In this document: piece after piece, positions 37,400-46,886 of the stretch | Layout: every line of letters begins with the position of its first letter | Position numbering within the stretch: the stretch's first letter is position 1 | IMG/VR virus record: IMGVR_UViG_2645727867_000003 | Reading direction: 5' to 3' (one strand) | Origin: a virus | Lineage: Duplodnaviria > Heunggongvirae > Uroviricota > Caudoviricetes | Length of the DNA stretch: 53,137 bases | Notes under the pieces: generated by a model | Told to the model about the DNA's origin: nothing | Seen by the model: the letters and a program-made list of their open reading frames with translations, nothing else | Databases searched by the model: none | Position numbers and translations under genes: made by a program

Positions 37400-38113
37400 T
37401 TAACGTACTCTGACAGTATTAATTTCAAAATCATTAATATTTCCGCTATTAAATATAACGAATTTCTTACCCCCACTCCTGTATGATTTCGATAACACCA
37501 GACGATCATCATAGCGCGCAATAATGTAATACCATACATTCTCATAGTGGACCGCCTGATATTCCCTCTTAAACTGTGGTTTGTACCAACCGGCAATAAG
37601 AGAGAATGCCCAGAAATAAATCATAAACCCAGCCATCATGAACTCAATTCGGTGATGGCGAATAACAGACATTTCCGAAAAACATTTGACTGAAACAAGT
37701 CTTCTTCCAGACCTGACAAAAAGCGTGATTGCAAAGGCAGCAAGAACGCAGAAAATCAGTACATCTGGCTCAACATGCTGATGAATTACAGAAAACTCCA
37801 GAACAGGTGGAATAAAAAGCAGCAATATCGCGAGAAAAAGCCGGATAAAACTCAAATTTTGTATATTGCGCTTTTGTTTTATGCCCAAAAAGAAAACAAT
37901 ACCAACTCCCCATCCAATAAGGAATATAACAATAACTGTCACAGCATAAAACAAACTTCGTGCTACATCATCGACACCAGCCCCGACAACCCACCATGGA
38001 AAGCCATAGTAAAATGAAGTACCCCATCCATAGAAATAAGCGCTCCCCCATCCGAGACAGCCCATATAAGCAACAAAAAGTGAAGAGTTTCTGAGCAGAG
38101 CACTGTCATCCAT
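37400..38113 (-). CDS. polytopic inner-membrane protein of unknown function (AT-rich accessory gene)
   Basis: 237 aa with several Trp/Gly/Phe-rich hydrophobic segments. First gene downstream of the late promoter. Confidence 0.55.
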   Translation of the reverse strand: MDDSALLRNSSLFVAYMGCLGWGSAYFYGWGTSFYYGFPWWVVGAGVDDVARSLFYAVTVIVIFLIGWGVGIVFFLGIKQKRNIQNLSFIRLFLAILLLFIPPVLEFSVIHQHVEPDVLIFCVLAAFAITLFVRSGRRLVSVKCFSEMSVIRHHRIEFMMAGFMIYFWAFSLIAGWYKPQFKREYQAVHYENVWYYIIARYDDRLVLSKSYRSGGKKFVIFNSGNINDFEINTVRVR

Positions 38114-38244
38114 AGTAACACCATTAACAACTCAAAAATATCAACACACATTACATAACAAATTGGATTCCATGCAGTCAAGGGGCGTCATTGATGGAGA
38201 AAGTATTGGCACAATCGTCATCACGTTTAATGTCTATGCCATTT

Positions 38245-38266
38245 TTTGGGGGGTAAAAAACCCGCT
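38245..38266 (-). terminator. tR'-like terminator about 60-80 nt downstream of the late promoter
   Basis: Hairpin CCCG-N8-CGGG followed by T6 on the minus strand. Confidence 0.4.
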
Positions 38267-38330
38267 CGGTCACGGGTTTTAGTGGCTTTGCCATCACGTA
38301 TAATAACGGCAAAATATCAGATTTACACGA

Positions 38331-38359
38331 AATATATGCCTTTTTATCTACTTTTGCAA
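38331..38359 (-). promoter_or_regulatory. candidate late promoter pR' (TTGCAA-17 nt-TATATT) immediately downstream of Q
   Basis: Near-consensus hexamers with 17-nt spacer, 8 nt after the Q-like stop codon. Confidence 0.5.
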
Positions 38360-38366
38360 TACTTTG

Positions 38367-39032
38367 CTATGAAAATGCCGCCTTTTGTTTTGAACGTGTT
38401 CCCTCCACCAACAATAAAGCTTCACTATCCAGCCGATGAAAAATGTGTTTCATTGCAACCCAGTGACCAGTAAATGTCTTGGACCAGTTTTTGGTTGTTA
38501 CTCCCACCAGTAACGCCAGTTCCTGGTATTCGTAACCTTCCCCACCAAAAAACTCAGCTTTTACCGCCTGCGCCGCCAACCAGATCAACGTCTTCAGGCG
38601 CACCAGAGTTTTTCCTGCAATTTTTCTGGTACCGGATTGAGCATTAAATTCAGTCCACGCCCACTGCGTTATCGCGATCTGATGCTCCCAGCAAATGCTA
38701 CCGCTGTAACACCACAGCAGCCAGGCTTTATGATGTTCTTCAAGAGACAGAACGGCGCGTCGCCATGATGATGTCGAAAACTCAACCGGACTGACCAGGG
38801 CAATTGATGAGCCTTTCGCCAGTGATTGTTTGCCCGGGATCGGGGGATTATCCCGCGTGATCATTTTTCCGGTTACCTCATCGCGGTAACGAATTTTTTT
38901 GCGTCTGTAACGCCCTGTATCGAACAGGGCATTTTCCTGCCAGACTTCCAGCTGGCCTTTTGTCGACCCACTAAGATCCGCAGTGGCAATCATGAGTTGC
39001 TCACGAACAAACTGTAAATACTGGTTATTCAT
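38367..39032 (-). CDS. late-gene antiterminator Q-like protein
   Basis: ~220-aa protein directly upstream of the pR'/tR'-like module and downstream of rusA. Family assignment is from position and size. Confidence 0.55.
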   Translation of the reverse strand: MNNQYLQFVREQLMIATADLSGSTKGQLEVWQENALFDTGRYRRKKIRYRDEVTGKMITRDNPPIPGKQSLAKGSSIALVSPVEFSTSSWRRAVLSLEEHHKAWLLWCYSGSICWEHQIAITQWAWTEFNAQSGTRKIAGKTLVRLKTLIWLAAQAVKAEFFGGEGYEYQELALLVGVTTKNWSKTFTGHWVAMKHIFHRLDSEALLLVEGTRSKQKAAFS

Positions 39033-39387
39033 GCACACCCACCTCTGTAATTCTTATCTCCAGCCGTCCACCAGATACTGGCTTGCCACGTACAATATTG
39101 ATTTCATCAAACTGCTCATCGTCCATTAACAACCCCGCGTGCGTCAGCGCATCCAGCGGTGCTTTCAGAATATTGTCCAGGTCACGGCGGCGCTTATCCG
39201 GTGGCTCTGCAATAATTTTTATTGCCAGCCGTCCGGACAGGCTTAATTTCAGTCGCTGCTGGCGAACAATAAGCGCCACTGCCCGGCGATAACGCTCCCC
39301 GGCTTTTGATACAAAATATGTGCTGCCACGGCGTCGCCAGTAAGTGTTCACCGTCGGCGGGTAAGGTAAAACCAAATCTATGAGCAT
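39025..39387 (-). CDS. rusA: Holliday junction resolvase RusA
   Basis: MLIDLVLPYPPTVNTYWRRRG… with the characteristic RusA N-terminus and acidic catalytic residues. Confidence 0.9.
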   Translation of the reverse strand: MLIDLVLPYPPTVNTYWRRRGSTYFVSKAGERYRRAVALIVRQQRLKLSLSGRLAIKIIAEPPDKRRRDLDNILKAPLDALTHAGLLMDDEQFDEINIVRGKPVSGGRLEIRITEVGVHE

Positions 39388-39399
39388 CAGTCACCTCTT

Positions 39400-40449
39400 T
39401 TACCCGAGCACGCCAGTCGCAAAGGCGTGATCAAGAAAACGAAAAATTAACTCAATCTGAGAGCCGTACTTTTTCTCAAACTTCAGCGGGTCTGCATGAA
39501 GTTCGTTGTGGTGCTCCCGGCACAACGGTAGCGTGAAAATATCGTGGGCCTTTGTTCCCACTCCCCCCTGACCATGACCAATCAGGTGATGCGGATCGTC
39601 AGCTGGCTTACCACAACACGCACACGGCTGTGTCTTTACCCAGCGCGTGTATTTCTCATTAACCCAACGGCGACGTTTAGGCCGCCTCATGAACGATTCA
39701 GGAGACTCCGGATCAACGGCGATACTGACAACCGTTTTTTTCTGTGGTGGATTTTGTTGCTGGTGGACGTGAAGTGGCAGCGCAATATTTTTTGTGCGCT
39801 GCTTCAGTATGCTGATGGCTGTCTGTTCTCCCGGTACGATGTCACTCTCACGGTATACGGAGCGGATTTTTTCCGCTGGTAATCCCAGCGAACGACGCGC
39901 TACTGCCTCAGGTAGTGCATCCACCACCTGATTGCAGGCCGCCCACCAGGATAATTCGGCCAGCGATAACTCCCTCTCCTGCGTACCGCTTATTGCGTGA
40001 CGGATGACATCAATCATCCAGGCAACCAGATTCTGCTGAGCAAGTTGATCGAGTGATTCTGATGTCTGGTCGCGCAGCTGGTTGTCACAGTGCCAGCACA
40101 ACACCATCGCGCCGGTACCATAACGGTGAATGGCTGTTTCGCTGTGATGATAATCGCCGTGTGGCCACTGGCAGGATTTCACGTGACGTAATAACCAGTC
40201 AGACAGTGCACCTGCACCACCTGCTGCACGAATAACCCGCTCATCGCTGAAAAATGGCAGTAATGTTTTATCCTCTGCCAGCGGCTGGCGAACGGCAGGA
40301 ACGACTCCGGACGGCAGACCGCGCATGTTTTTCGGTTCCGGCTCCACCAATATTCTGCCGTTATGGAATACTGACATTGATTCACGGCCTGGCTTAACGA
40401 TAACCAGACCGAGTTCCGGTACCAGAACAGGTCGAAGTAATACCCGCAC
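39400..40449 (-). CDS. DUF968-family protein (YdfU-like) with C-terminal HNH-like zinc finger
   Basis: C-terminal CACCGKPADDPHHL…CREHHNELH. Size and position match Qin-prophage ydfU. Confidence 0.7.
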   Translation of the reverse strand: MRVLLRPVLVPELGLVIVKPGRESMSVFHNGRILVEPEPKNMRGLPSGVVPAVRQPLAEDKTLLPFFSDERVIRAAGGAGALSDWLLRHVKSCQWPHGDYHHSETAIHRYGTGAMVLCWHCDNQLRDQTSESLDQLAQQNLVAWMIDVIRHAISGTQERELSLAELSWWAACNQVVDALPEAVARRSLGLPAEKIRSVYRESDIVPGEQTAISILKQRTKNIALPLHVHQQQNPPQKKTVVSIAVDPESPESFMRRPKRRRWVNEKYTRWVKTQPCACCGKPADDPHHLIGHGQGGVGTKAHDIFTLPLCREHHNELHADPLKFEKKYGSQIELIFRFLDHAFATGVLG

Positions 40450-40450
40450 G

Positions 40451-40720
40451 TTACCTCCAGATGCGCTGCTGGAATGTGCGGGACGGACGCGGTGGGCGTT
40501 CGGAATAAGGGAGCCTGACGGAGATTATCCAGTGACGACGATCGAAGCTGAGGGCTTTCTCAAACTCATATCCGCGCCTGCGGTAACACTGGATCAGCCA
40601 TTCGGCCTGTTCTTCAGTGCATGGGGGATGCTGGAACCAGTCGGTTTTAAATACGTGCGAACACCGCCCTTGCCTACTGGCAAGGGCGGCAGAATTGTGC
40701 AATCTGCTATCGTGCGCCAT
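40451..40720 (-). CDS. YbcO-like small protein
   Basis: ~90-aa Cys/His-containing protein between the DUF968 gene and the replication region, as in DLP12. Confidence 0.5.
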   Translation of the reverse strand: MAHDSRLHNSAALASRQGRCSHVFKTDWFQHPPCTEEQAEWLIQCYRRRGYEFEKALSFDRRHWIISVRLPYSERPPRPSRTFQQRIWR

Positions 40721-40773
40721 CGGGATCTCCGGTGGCACGGTGTTTCTCAGCGACGGTTCAAGTCAGCCTGATT

Positions 40774-41046
40774 TTATAGCTGCTTCTGAATATCATCAAC
40801 AGGTAATCCTGCCAACTCTCTTACCTCAGAAAGAAGAGAAAGGCTTACAACAACCTCATTACTTCGCATAACAAAACCACATTGAAAAGAACCATCACTG
40901 TTTCTGTAAACAACAACCGGGCGCGTGCTCTCATAAAACCCCGGGATCAAACTGGCTGGGATTTTCACAACACCTCCTGACGTAAAGGAAATGAAATGCA
41001 TTATCGCTTCTCTCGGACTATAACCATGAAAAGAGACGCATTTCAC
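40774..41046 (-). CDS. hypothetical protein
   Basis: ORF only; no SD identified. Confidence 0.25.
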   Translation of the reverse strand: MKCVSFHGYSPREAIMHFISFTSGGVVKIPASLIPGFYESTRPVVVYRNSDGSFQCGFVMRSNEVVVSLSLLSEVRELAGLPVDDIQKQL

Positions 41047-41181
41047 TCAGTAAATCTGAGGATTTTATGCGCAAGAACAATGACTTTTTCTGTCTGCCGT
41101 TTATACAATCTGAATTACGTCTGTTTTTTGAACACGGATAAATCAGCAAGCATTCTCAAATAAAGATTGCCTCCATAGTCC

Positions 41182-41209
41182 ACATAGTGTAACACTATGT
41201 GTTATATAA
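41182..41209 (+). promoter_or_regulatory. operator palindrome overlapping a -10 element upstream of the higB-like gene
   Basis: ACATAGTG-TAA-CACTATGT perfect inverted repeat followed by TATATAAA. SD GAGG before the ATG at 41225. Confidence 0.45.
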
Positions 41210-41224
41210 AATGCAGAGGCAGGT

Positions 41225-41597
41225 ATGCGAATTTTCAAAAACGCCTGGTTTGAACGTTTCGCCCGAAAACATCGGATTTCCGATAAATCGCTGCGCAAAA
41301 TCGTGGAGCAGGCCGATAAGGGGGATCATATCCGCAAATTTGGGTAGTGGTGTCATTAAACAAAGATTAGCCCGAAGTGGTGGCGGAAAATCAGGCGGTT
41401 ACCGGACAATAATTTTTTACCGCGTTGCAGAAAAAGCCTTTTTCATCTACGCATACGCAAAGAATGAACGAGAGAATATCACTGCTATAGAGGAAAATGC
41501 TTTTCGAAAAGCCGCTCCCCATGTCCTCAATCTTACTGATGAACAGCTGGCACAATTGATTCAACAAGGCCAGTTCACGGAGGTACCCAATGAGTAA
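41225..41597 (+). pseudogene. HigB/RelE-like toxin gene interrupted by a +1 frameshift in a G5 tract
   Basis: Frame A from ATG 41225 reads MRIFKNAWFERFARKHRISDKSLRKIVEQADKGDHIRKFG* (stop at 41345). The rest of the family sequence (…GVIKQRLARSGGGKSGGYRTIIFYRV…) continues in frame B. The shift maps to GGGGG at 41310-41314. Confidence 0.6.
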
Positions 41598-41907
41598 AAA
41601 TTACCGCAGTGATGCACTTGCATCTGTACATGAAATGATGGAGTCACTCCATGATATCGGTGCAATCACAAAACAAACTATGCGCGAATTCGATGAAACT
41701 TGTCTTCAGCCTGCGCCGGTAATGTCTCCAGAAAGGATCCGTGCACTGCGAGAACGAGAGCATCTGTCTCAACCTGTTTTTGCCAGATACCTCAACGTCA
41801 GTAAAAACCTGATATCAGACTGGGAACGAGGAGTGAAACGCCCGGGAGGTGCAGCTCTTCGGCTTCTTTCAGTTGTCGAGAAAAACGGGATCCAGGTAAT
41901 ATCCTGA
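41590..41907 (+). CDS. HigA-like antitoxin (XRE-family HTH)
   Basis: …LSQPVFARYLNVSKNLISDWERGVKRPGGAALRLL… HTH. Start overlaps the toxin stop. Confidence 0.7.
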   Translation: MSKNYRSDALASVHEMMESLHDIGAITKQTMREFDETCLQPAPVMSPERIRALREREHLSQPVFARYLNVSKNLISDWERGVKRPGGAALRLLSVVEKNGIQVIS

Positions 41908-42009
41908 TATTCTAATACAACAAAACCCGCCGAAGCAGGTTAAGTGCGGGTGCGTTGAGGATGCCTGACACATCAGAGGTGGCGAGGGATTTCTCCCTCG
42001 CCAGGTCTC

Positions 42010-42165
42010 TTACTCCTCAGGTTCGTAAGCTGTGAAGACAGCGACCTCCGTCTGGCCGGTTCGGATTCGTACCTCGCAGAGGTCTTTCCTCGTTACCAGT
42101 GCCGTCATTATGACGGTTAAACAGATGACAATCAGGGCGATTAACATCGCCTTTTGCTGCTTCAT
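42010..42165 (-). CDS. hokD: Hok/Gef-family type I toxin (HokD/RelF-like)
   Basis: MKQQKAMLIALIVICLTVIMTALVTRKDLCEVRIRTGQTEVAVFTAYEPEE. SD AGGAG upstream. Confidence 0.8.
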   Translation of the reverse strand: MKQQKAMLIALIVICLTVIMTALVTRKDLCEVRIRTGQTEVAVFTAYEPEE

Positions 42166-42436
42166 AGCCTGCTTCTCCTTGCCTTTCGGCACGTAAGAGG
42201 CTAACCTACATGTGCAAAGCATGAAATTGGCCTCAGATTAATGTTAAGCGTCCTGCAAGACGCGTAATGTTAACTGGGGCTTTTCTCTGTCTGCCTTACG
42301 GCGGCATGCCCGAGGCAGACAGCCTCAAGCACCCGCAGCAATTCTACTTAACTCTTCTTTCCCCGCAAATCATTTTATCCCCGATGGTAATGTTCTCCCG
42401 ATATGGGAATTCCCATATCAAGGTTAACTCAATCGG

Positions 42437-42988
42437 TTAAAGCTCCATTAATTTTCCGGCCAGTTCATCTCGTGGCATTACCAGCCATCCGCGCGATTTA
42501 AGCAAAGCCAGGGCTTCTTCAACCGTCACCAGCTGGCCTGGCGCATAACTTCGGATGAAGGCGGTTTTATCGTCACGGATCGCCAGGTGAAAATCGATAT
42601 TCATTTTTCCCATAGCCCGCTCTTTCTCGTACTGGTTGAAGTAACTGTCTTCGAGTTTTTCGAATACTTCCCACGCCTGATCGGTTTCGAGCATTTTTGC
42701 ATGACGGGCTGCTCCGCGTTCTGTCCAGAGGATGAGAGTGCGGGTTTTGGGAGAAATTTTCACCTCATTTTGCGACTCGTTTAAAACTAGTCGCAAATTT
42801 TTGAGCTCATCACCAACAGCTTTAAAGAAGTGTTTTCCCTCAATAAATCGAGATTTATTTTCATGGTGATTCTGCTGTATACGGATTGCTTCTGTTCCGT
42901 AAAGGCGGGCGAGTAACTCAGTTGTGATTACAGGAATCTGGTTATAAGTGACAGGGGAAAGGTTTTTGACAGTAACTTGAGTCGTCAT
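42437..42988 (-). CDS. ORF6N-domain antirepressor-like protein (intact paralog)
   Basis: N-terminal …ITTELLARLYGTE…RFIEGKHFFKAVGDELK… ORF6N-like. 183 aa. Confidence 0.6.
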   Translation of the reverse strand: MTTQVTVKNLSPVTYNQIPVITTELLARLYGTEAIRIQQNHHENKSRFIEGKHFFKAVGDELKNLRLVLNESQNEVKISPKTRTLILWTERGAARHAKMLETDQAWEVFEKLEDSYFNQYEKERAMGKMNIDFHLAIRDDKTAFIRSYAPGQLVTVEEALALLKSRGWLVMPRDELAGKLMEL

Positions 42989-43329
42989 GATAACGCCCTC
43001 TGGTTGATGAATTTAACTATCACCACCTTCAGGTCTCAATCATCAGGTGGCGAGACGTACAGGGTTGAGACTACCGGATCAACCAACCGGCCAGCCTTTC
43101 GGCTGCCCCATACGCCTCACCATAATTCAGATGTGCGTGCGCATACGACAATAAAAAACACGCTCGCGGCGTGTGTCTGTCGCGGTTGAATATCCGGGGT
43201 CTCAATCCCGACGGTCAACTCGACCGTGCGGTGAATATAGCCCCGGATTAGTAATTACGTCAACCCCAGCGGCAAATCGAATAAACCACCAGCGCTACCG
43301 CCATTGCAACTCCTGCCGTTACGAATGCC

Positions 43330-43524
43330 TCAGGCCAGGTCATCGTAAACTATCTCAGCGCCAATCAGTCCGTTTCGCTTCAGGCAGTCCATCGCTTTAT
43401 ACGGTAATTTGGCTGACAGGCGAAAATCACCCTGCAGCATCAGGCTTATTCCCTTATCCCGGGCTTTCGCTCTGACCGCTGCCTCGCTACGACCAATCAG
43501 ACTGCCGATACTTTCGACAGTCAT
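43330..43524 (-). CDS. small hypothetical protein
   Basis: MTVESIGSLIGRSEAAVRAKARDKGISL…. Confidence 0.3.
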   Translation of the reverse strand: MTVESIGSLIGRSEAAVRAKARDKGISLMLQGDFRLSAKLPYKAMDCLKRNGLIGAEIVYDDLA

Positions 43525-43583
43525 CGTTCCCGCGCACTGCCGGAGTATCAGAATTTCAGCCCGGCACCACGTCTTCCACCCAC

Positions 43584-44345
43584 TCACCGCTGCTGTTCTC
43601 TGGTGGCGGTAATATCCCGGAGAATATCCCGGCACTTGTTCAGCTCCCGCAGCGCGGCGCAGACTCGCTCCCACTTCTGAACCTGACCTTTTGCCCGGCG
43701 CAGCTCGCGGTTAGCCACATGCAGCGATGGTAAAATCAGCCCATCCGGATGCTTTCTGGTGAACGACGGCTGTGACTGCACTGTGACCGCCACACTTTCC
43801 GTTTTTATTTCTTCCTGTGTTTCCGCTTCCCGGACTGGTAACGCAACACATGCTGGCTGAGGAAAGGCTTTACCATCGGTTTCCGCTACGGATGCAGCTT
43901 CCGGCTCTGCCGGTAAATCAGCGCCCGGTATGCAGTAACGAAATTTACCGTTCTGATTTACGCGTGCCAGGCGCCCCGTTGCTGTTACGACCGCCAACGT
44001 GGAAGCAACCTTGCGAATGCTAACACCGAACTTATCCGCCAGTTCCTCACACGTTTTAGCCCCATCCTGACAGATAAACTCAATCATCATGTCCGCGGTA
44101 ACTTTTTGTTCGACCTCCCCGGTCAGCACATCCGGTACTTCAGACTGTGCTGGCTGTTCTTCGGTTACCCCGGATTCACCTTCACCAGCCAGAAACCAGG
44201 TGTGACCCGTTTTATCAACAACGCCATTTTTTTTGAGTTCCCACAGTTCGTTGAGAACTTCTTCACGGCTGATATCAAGCCGCGCCGCCAGTTCAACAGA
44301 ATTGGCTTTACCCATCGCTTTCAGTGCATGCAATACGGTTTCCAT
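43584..44345 (-). CDS. hypothetical protein with N-terminal winged-helix-like region
   Basis: [43 protein letters not shown]… Downstream of the DnaC-like gene. Confidence 0.5.
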   Translation of the reverse strand: METVLHALKAMGKANSVELAARLDISREEVLNELWELKKNGVVDKTGHTWFLAGEGESGVTEEQPAQSEVPDVLTGEVEQKVTADMMIEFICQDGAKTCEELADKFGVSIRKVASTLAVVTATGRLARVNQNGKFRYCIPGADLPAEPEAASVAETDGKAFPQPACVALPVREAETQEEIKTESVAVTVQSQPSFTRKHPDGLILPSLHVANRELRRAKGQVQKWERVCAALRELNKCRDILRDITATREQQR

Positions 44346-44374
44346 TAAAACTTCCTCCGGATAAAAATTACTTC

Positions 44375-45115
44375 TCAGTTCCTGTGCTGGCTGACGTTCG
44401 GACGCCAGCTCTCCCAGTTAAACGTCACCCAGCGACCACCGTTCATGGACATGCGGTCCATCACCCGCTCGCTGAGAAGTGTATTCATCGCTGCATGGTT
44501 AAGATTTGTCAGCATCCCCACACTGAGTAACGATGCCGTTCTGCGGTCAACAATCTGATTCAGCGTGACCTGCTCATTACGCGTATCCCGTTGCATGCCA
44601 ATTTCATCCAGTACCAGCAGGTCAACGCCACACAATCCCTGCAAAAATTTTTCGCCCGAGTTTTTGTTGTCGTAGCTGCCATGTAACGCCAGCATCACAT
44701 CCGCCACTGTTATCACAATCACACTGCGACCTTTCGCCAGAAGGTGGTTGCCAATAGCCGCCGCCAGGTGGTTTTTTCCTGTGCCAGGCCTGCCACTGAA
44801 AACAAAATTCGTACAGCCGCCTTCCAGCTCTGCCGCAATGGATTTCGCCTGACTCAGGGCATGGCGCTGACCATCGTTCTGCACCCGGTAGTTACCGAAC
44901 GTACACTTCCGGTGAAGCTGCTGGATACCGGAGCGGTTAATGATTTTTTCAACCCGCGTCTGATGATTCAGACGATTAACCTCCTCGCTTCGCTTACGCC
45001 CTTCAGCAAGCTGCCATTCCCGCCACTCCGTCACCGTACGGTACGGAGGGATTGCATCCTGCGGCACAAATCTGCTGACTCTTGCCAGAACACCACCTGA
45101 CGTAATGTTTTTCAT
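44375..45115 (-). CDS. DnaC-like helicase loader (IstB-type AAA+ ATPase)
   Basis: Walker [16 protein letters not shown] and Walker B LLVLDEIG. Confidence 0.85.
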   Translation of the reverse strand: MKNITSGGVLARVSRFVPQDAIPPYRTVTEWREWQLAEGRKRSEEVNRLNHQTRVEKIINRSGIQQLHRKCTFGNYRVQNDGQRHALSQAKSIAAELEGGCTNFVFSGRPGTGKNHLAAAIGNHLLAKGRSVIVITVADVMLALHGSYDNKNSGEKFLQGLCGVDLLVLDEIGMQRDTRNEQVTLNQIVDRRTASLLSVGMLTNLNHAAMNTLLSERVMDRMSMNGGRWVTFNWESWRPNVSQHRN

Positions 45116-45121
45116 GATGCG

Positions 45122-46129
45122 CTACCCCCTGAAACCCGGCGGAATTTCGGTATCCGGTTCAGAAATATGATTCACGCAACGCTGCGCGGGACCACGCCAC
45201 AGTCGAATAACCAGTTCATCCCATTTCTCACGGAGTTTTTCCGGGCTCTTGATGTTTTTTATCCAGAACGGATCCCGTTGTGCCCGGCTGAACATTTCGC
45301 AAATTTGTCTGTGACTTCTTCCATCCAGCATCCGCATTGTGCGCACGTCATTGGCCCACGCCGTCCAGTTGGGCTCTTTCGGTCGCGTAATCTCACCATC
45401 ATCACTGGCAGCCTGTTCGTACAAGTTTACAACCCGCCCCCAGATCCACTGCGCACATGTCAAATCCTCCCGGGCTCCCCACTGGCGTTTTTTCACGCTG
45501 AACACAACAGCATCAGGATGGCGGGTTAAAAACGCCTGTTCAGCCGTCAACTCGTCCGGTTGCGAAGCGTCCGGACAAGAGAGTTTTTTATTCTCTGTTG
45601 TATTCTCTGTTGTATTCTCTGTAGGATCATCGGGCCATTTTGACCTGATGACATTGGGCCGTTTTGAACCAATGGAACGTTTCATTTTGACCTCTTCCAT
45701 CGTGTCATTTTGACCTGATGGAGTGGCGCATTTTGACCCGATGGATTCGTTCACTTTGCCATCATCTAAAAGCGCGCTATCGTAGTTAATTGTGTAAAAA
45801 TTAGTCATATCACGCTTCGATTTATTGAGCTTTTCGCTACGCAAAAGCCCCAGCGCTTTCAGACTTGCAAACGCACGCTTTAACGTTGACTCTGACCAGA
45901 ACGGAAACTGTTCCAGCCATTGTTCCGTTGTGTTGTAAATCCAGCGAACGCCATCACATTCCATGCCGGAACTGGTATCCCTCAACCAGTAATGCAGTTG
46001 CTGCAACACAATGGCTTCGTTTAAACCAATCTTCATCGCCAGCTGTGTGTTTATAACCAGCGGGCGTTCAGCAAAAAGAAGGCTCATAATTCCATCCGGC
46101 TTTTTGTTGGTACTGGTGACGATAGGCAC
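45122..46129 (-). CDS. replication initiator/replisome organiser (lambda O-like N-terminal domain)
   Basis: N-terminal …LVINTQLAMKIGLNEAIVLQQLHYWL… The gene contains direct nucleotide repeats (TTCTCTGTTGTA x3 near 45590-45630) typical of an embedded origin. Confidence 0.75.
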   Translation of the reverse strand: MPIVTSTNKKPDGIMSLLFAERPLVINTQLAMKIGLNEAIVLQQLHYWLRDTSSGMECDGVRWIYNTTEQWLEQFPFWSESTLKRAFASLKALGLLRSEKLNKSKRDMTNFYTINYDSALLDDGKVNESIGSKCATPSGQNDTMEEVKMKRSIGSKRPNVIRSKWPDDPTENTTENTTENKKLSCPDASQPDELTAEQAFLTRHPDAVVFSVKKRQWGAREDLTCAQWIWGRVVNLYEQAASDDGEITRPKEPNWTAWANDVRTMRMLDGRSHRQICEMFSRAQRDPFWIKNIKSPEKLREKWDELVIRLWRGPAQRCVNHISEPDTEIPPGFRG

Positions 46130-46589
46130 GCTTGAAAGCGATTGCTTTTTCTATAAGCTCGTCTGTCTCACGTTCCACAACAGCTGGATCTGCAAAAAGC
46201 AGCCCGGACTCCACCACATCGCCATATTCTTTGTTTAACCCGGCAATCATGTACGTAATGCTTTTTCCGTCAGTAATTTCGCGGTACAACCTGAAATCAC
46301 TAATCCGGATAGCCTCCATAATTGCCGGAATCAGCGCCGTGAATTTTTCACGCTTATCCCTGGTGTCGATAGCCTTCCAGCGTTCGAATATCTTCACCCG
46401 GTTAACGCCAAGCGCACGCTGATCAACCCCGCCATCATCAAGCGTGACACGCTGAACATCGATGTTCGGGCGTTCCTGTAGAGCCCAGAAGGCTTCAGTG
46501 ATTAATATCGTCGCCTGCTCCTGCGTCATTCCTGGTCGGCTTATCCAGGCATCCAGGGCATCGCGTGCCTGCTCAAGGGTGATTTTCAT
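46068..46589 (-). CDS. YdaT-like protein
   Basis: Partial similarity to Rac YdaT as recalled (…REKFTALIPAIMEAI…). Lies directly after the Cro-like gene. Confidence 0.45.
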   Translation of the reverse strand: MKITLEQARDALDAWISRPGMTQEQATILITEAFWALQERPNIDVQRVTLDDGGVDQRALGVNRVKIFERWKAIDTRDKREKFTALIPAIMEAIRISDFRLYREITDGKSITYMIAGLNKEYGDVVESGLLFADPAVVERETDELIEKAIAFKRAYRHQYQQKAGWNYEPSFC

Positions 46590-46803
46590 TGTTCAACCGC
46601 CCCGCCCGCTTCGTCTTACGATATTCGTCATAAACTTTGGGGTCATACTGAAGCTCCCCGCCGGATGCCTCTTGCAGGCGCATCGCGCGACCTTCAGGTA
46701 CTAGCTCCCCTTTCCAGCTATAAAGCGAAGCCAAACGAATACCAGCAGCTTGTGCAAGTTTTGTTTTTGAACCGAAATACAAAAGTGCATCAGTTTTAAG
46801 CAT
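46573..46803 (-). CDS. dicC: DicC-like Cro-type repressor
   Basis: MLKTDALLYFGSKTKLAQAAGIRLASLYSWKGELVPEGRAMRLQEASGGELQYDPKVYDEYRK… is near-identical to E. coli DicC as recalled. Confidence 0.85.
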   Translation of the reverse strand: MLKTDALLYFGSKTKLAQAAGIRLASLYSWKGELVPEGRAMRLQEASGGELQYDPKVYDEYRKTKRAGRLNNENHP

Positions 46804-46886
46804 TTAAAACACCTTGATAGTTAGTCATAGCTAACAAAATAAATGTTAACAAAAACATAGTCAATAAGGTTTAGCATTAGCTAACT
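46804..46886. promoter_or_regulatory. divergent dicC/dicA promoter-operator region
   Basis: Inverted repeats GTTAGTCATAGCTAAC and TTAGCATTAGCTAACTATGG (core TTAGCTAA) between the divergent genes. Confidence 0.6.
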
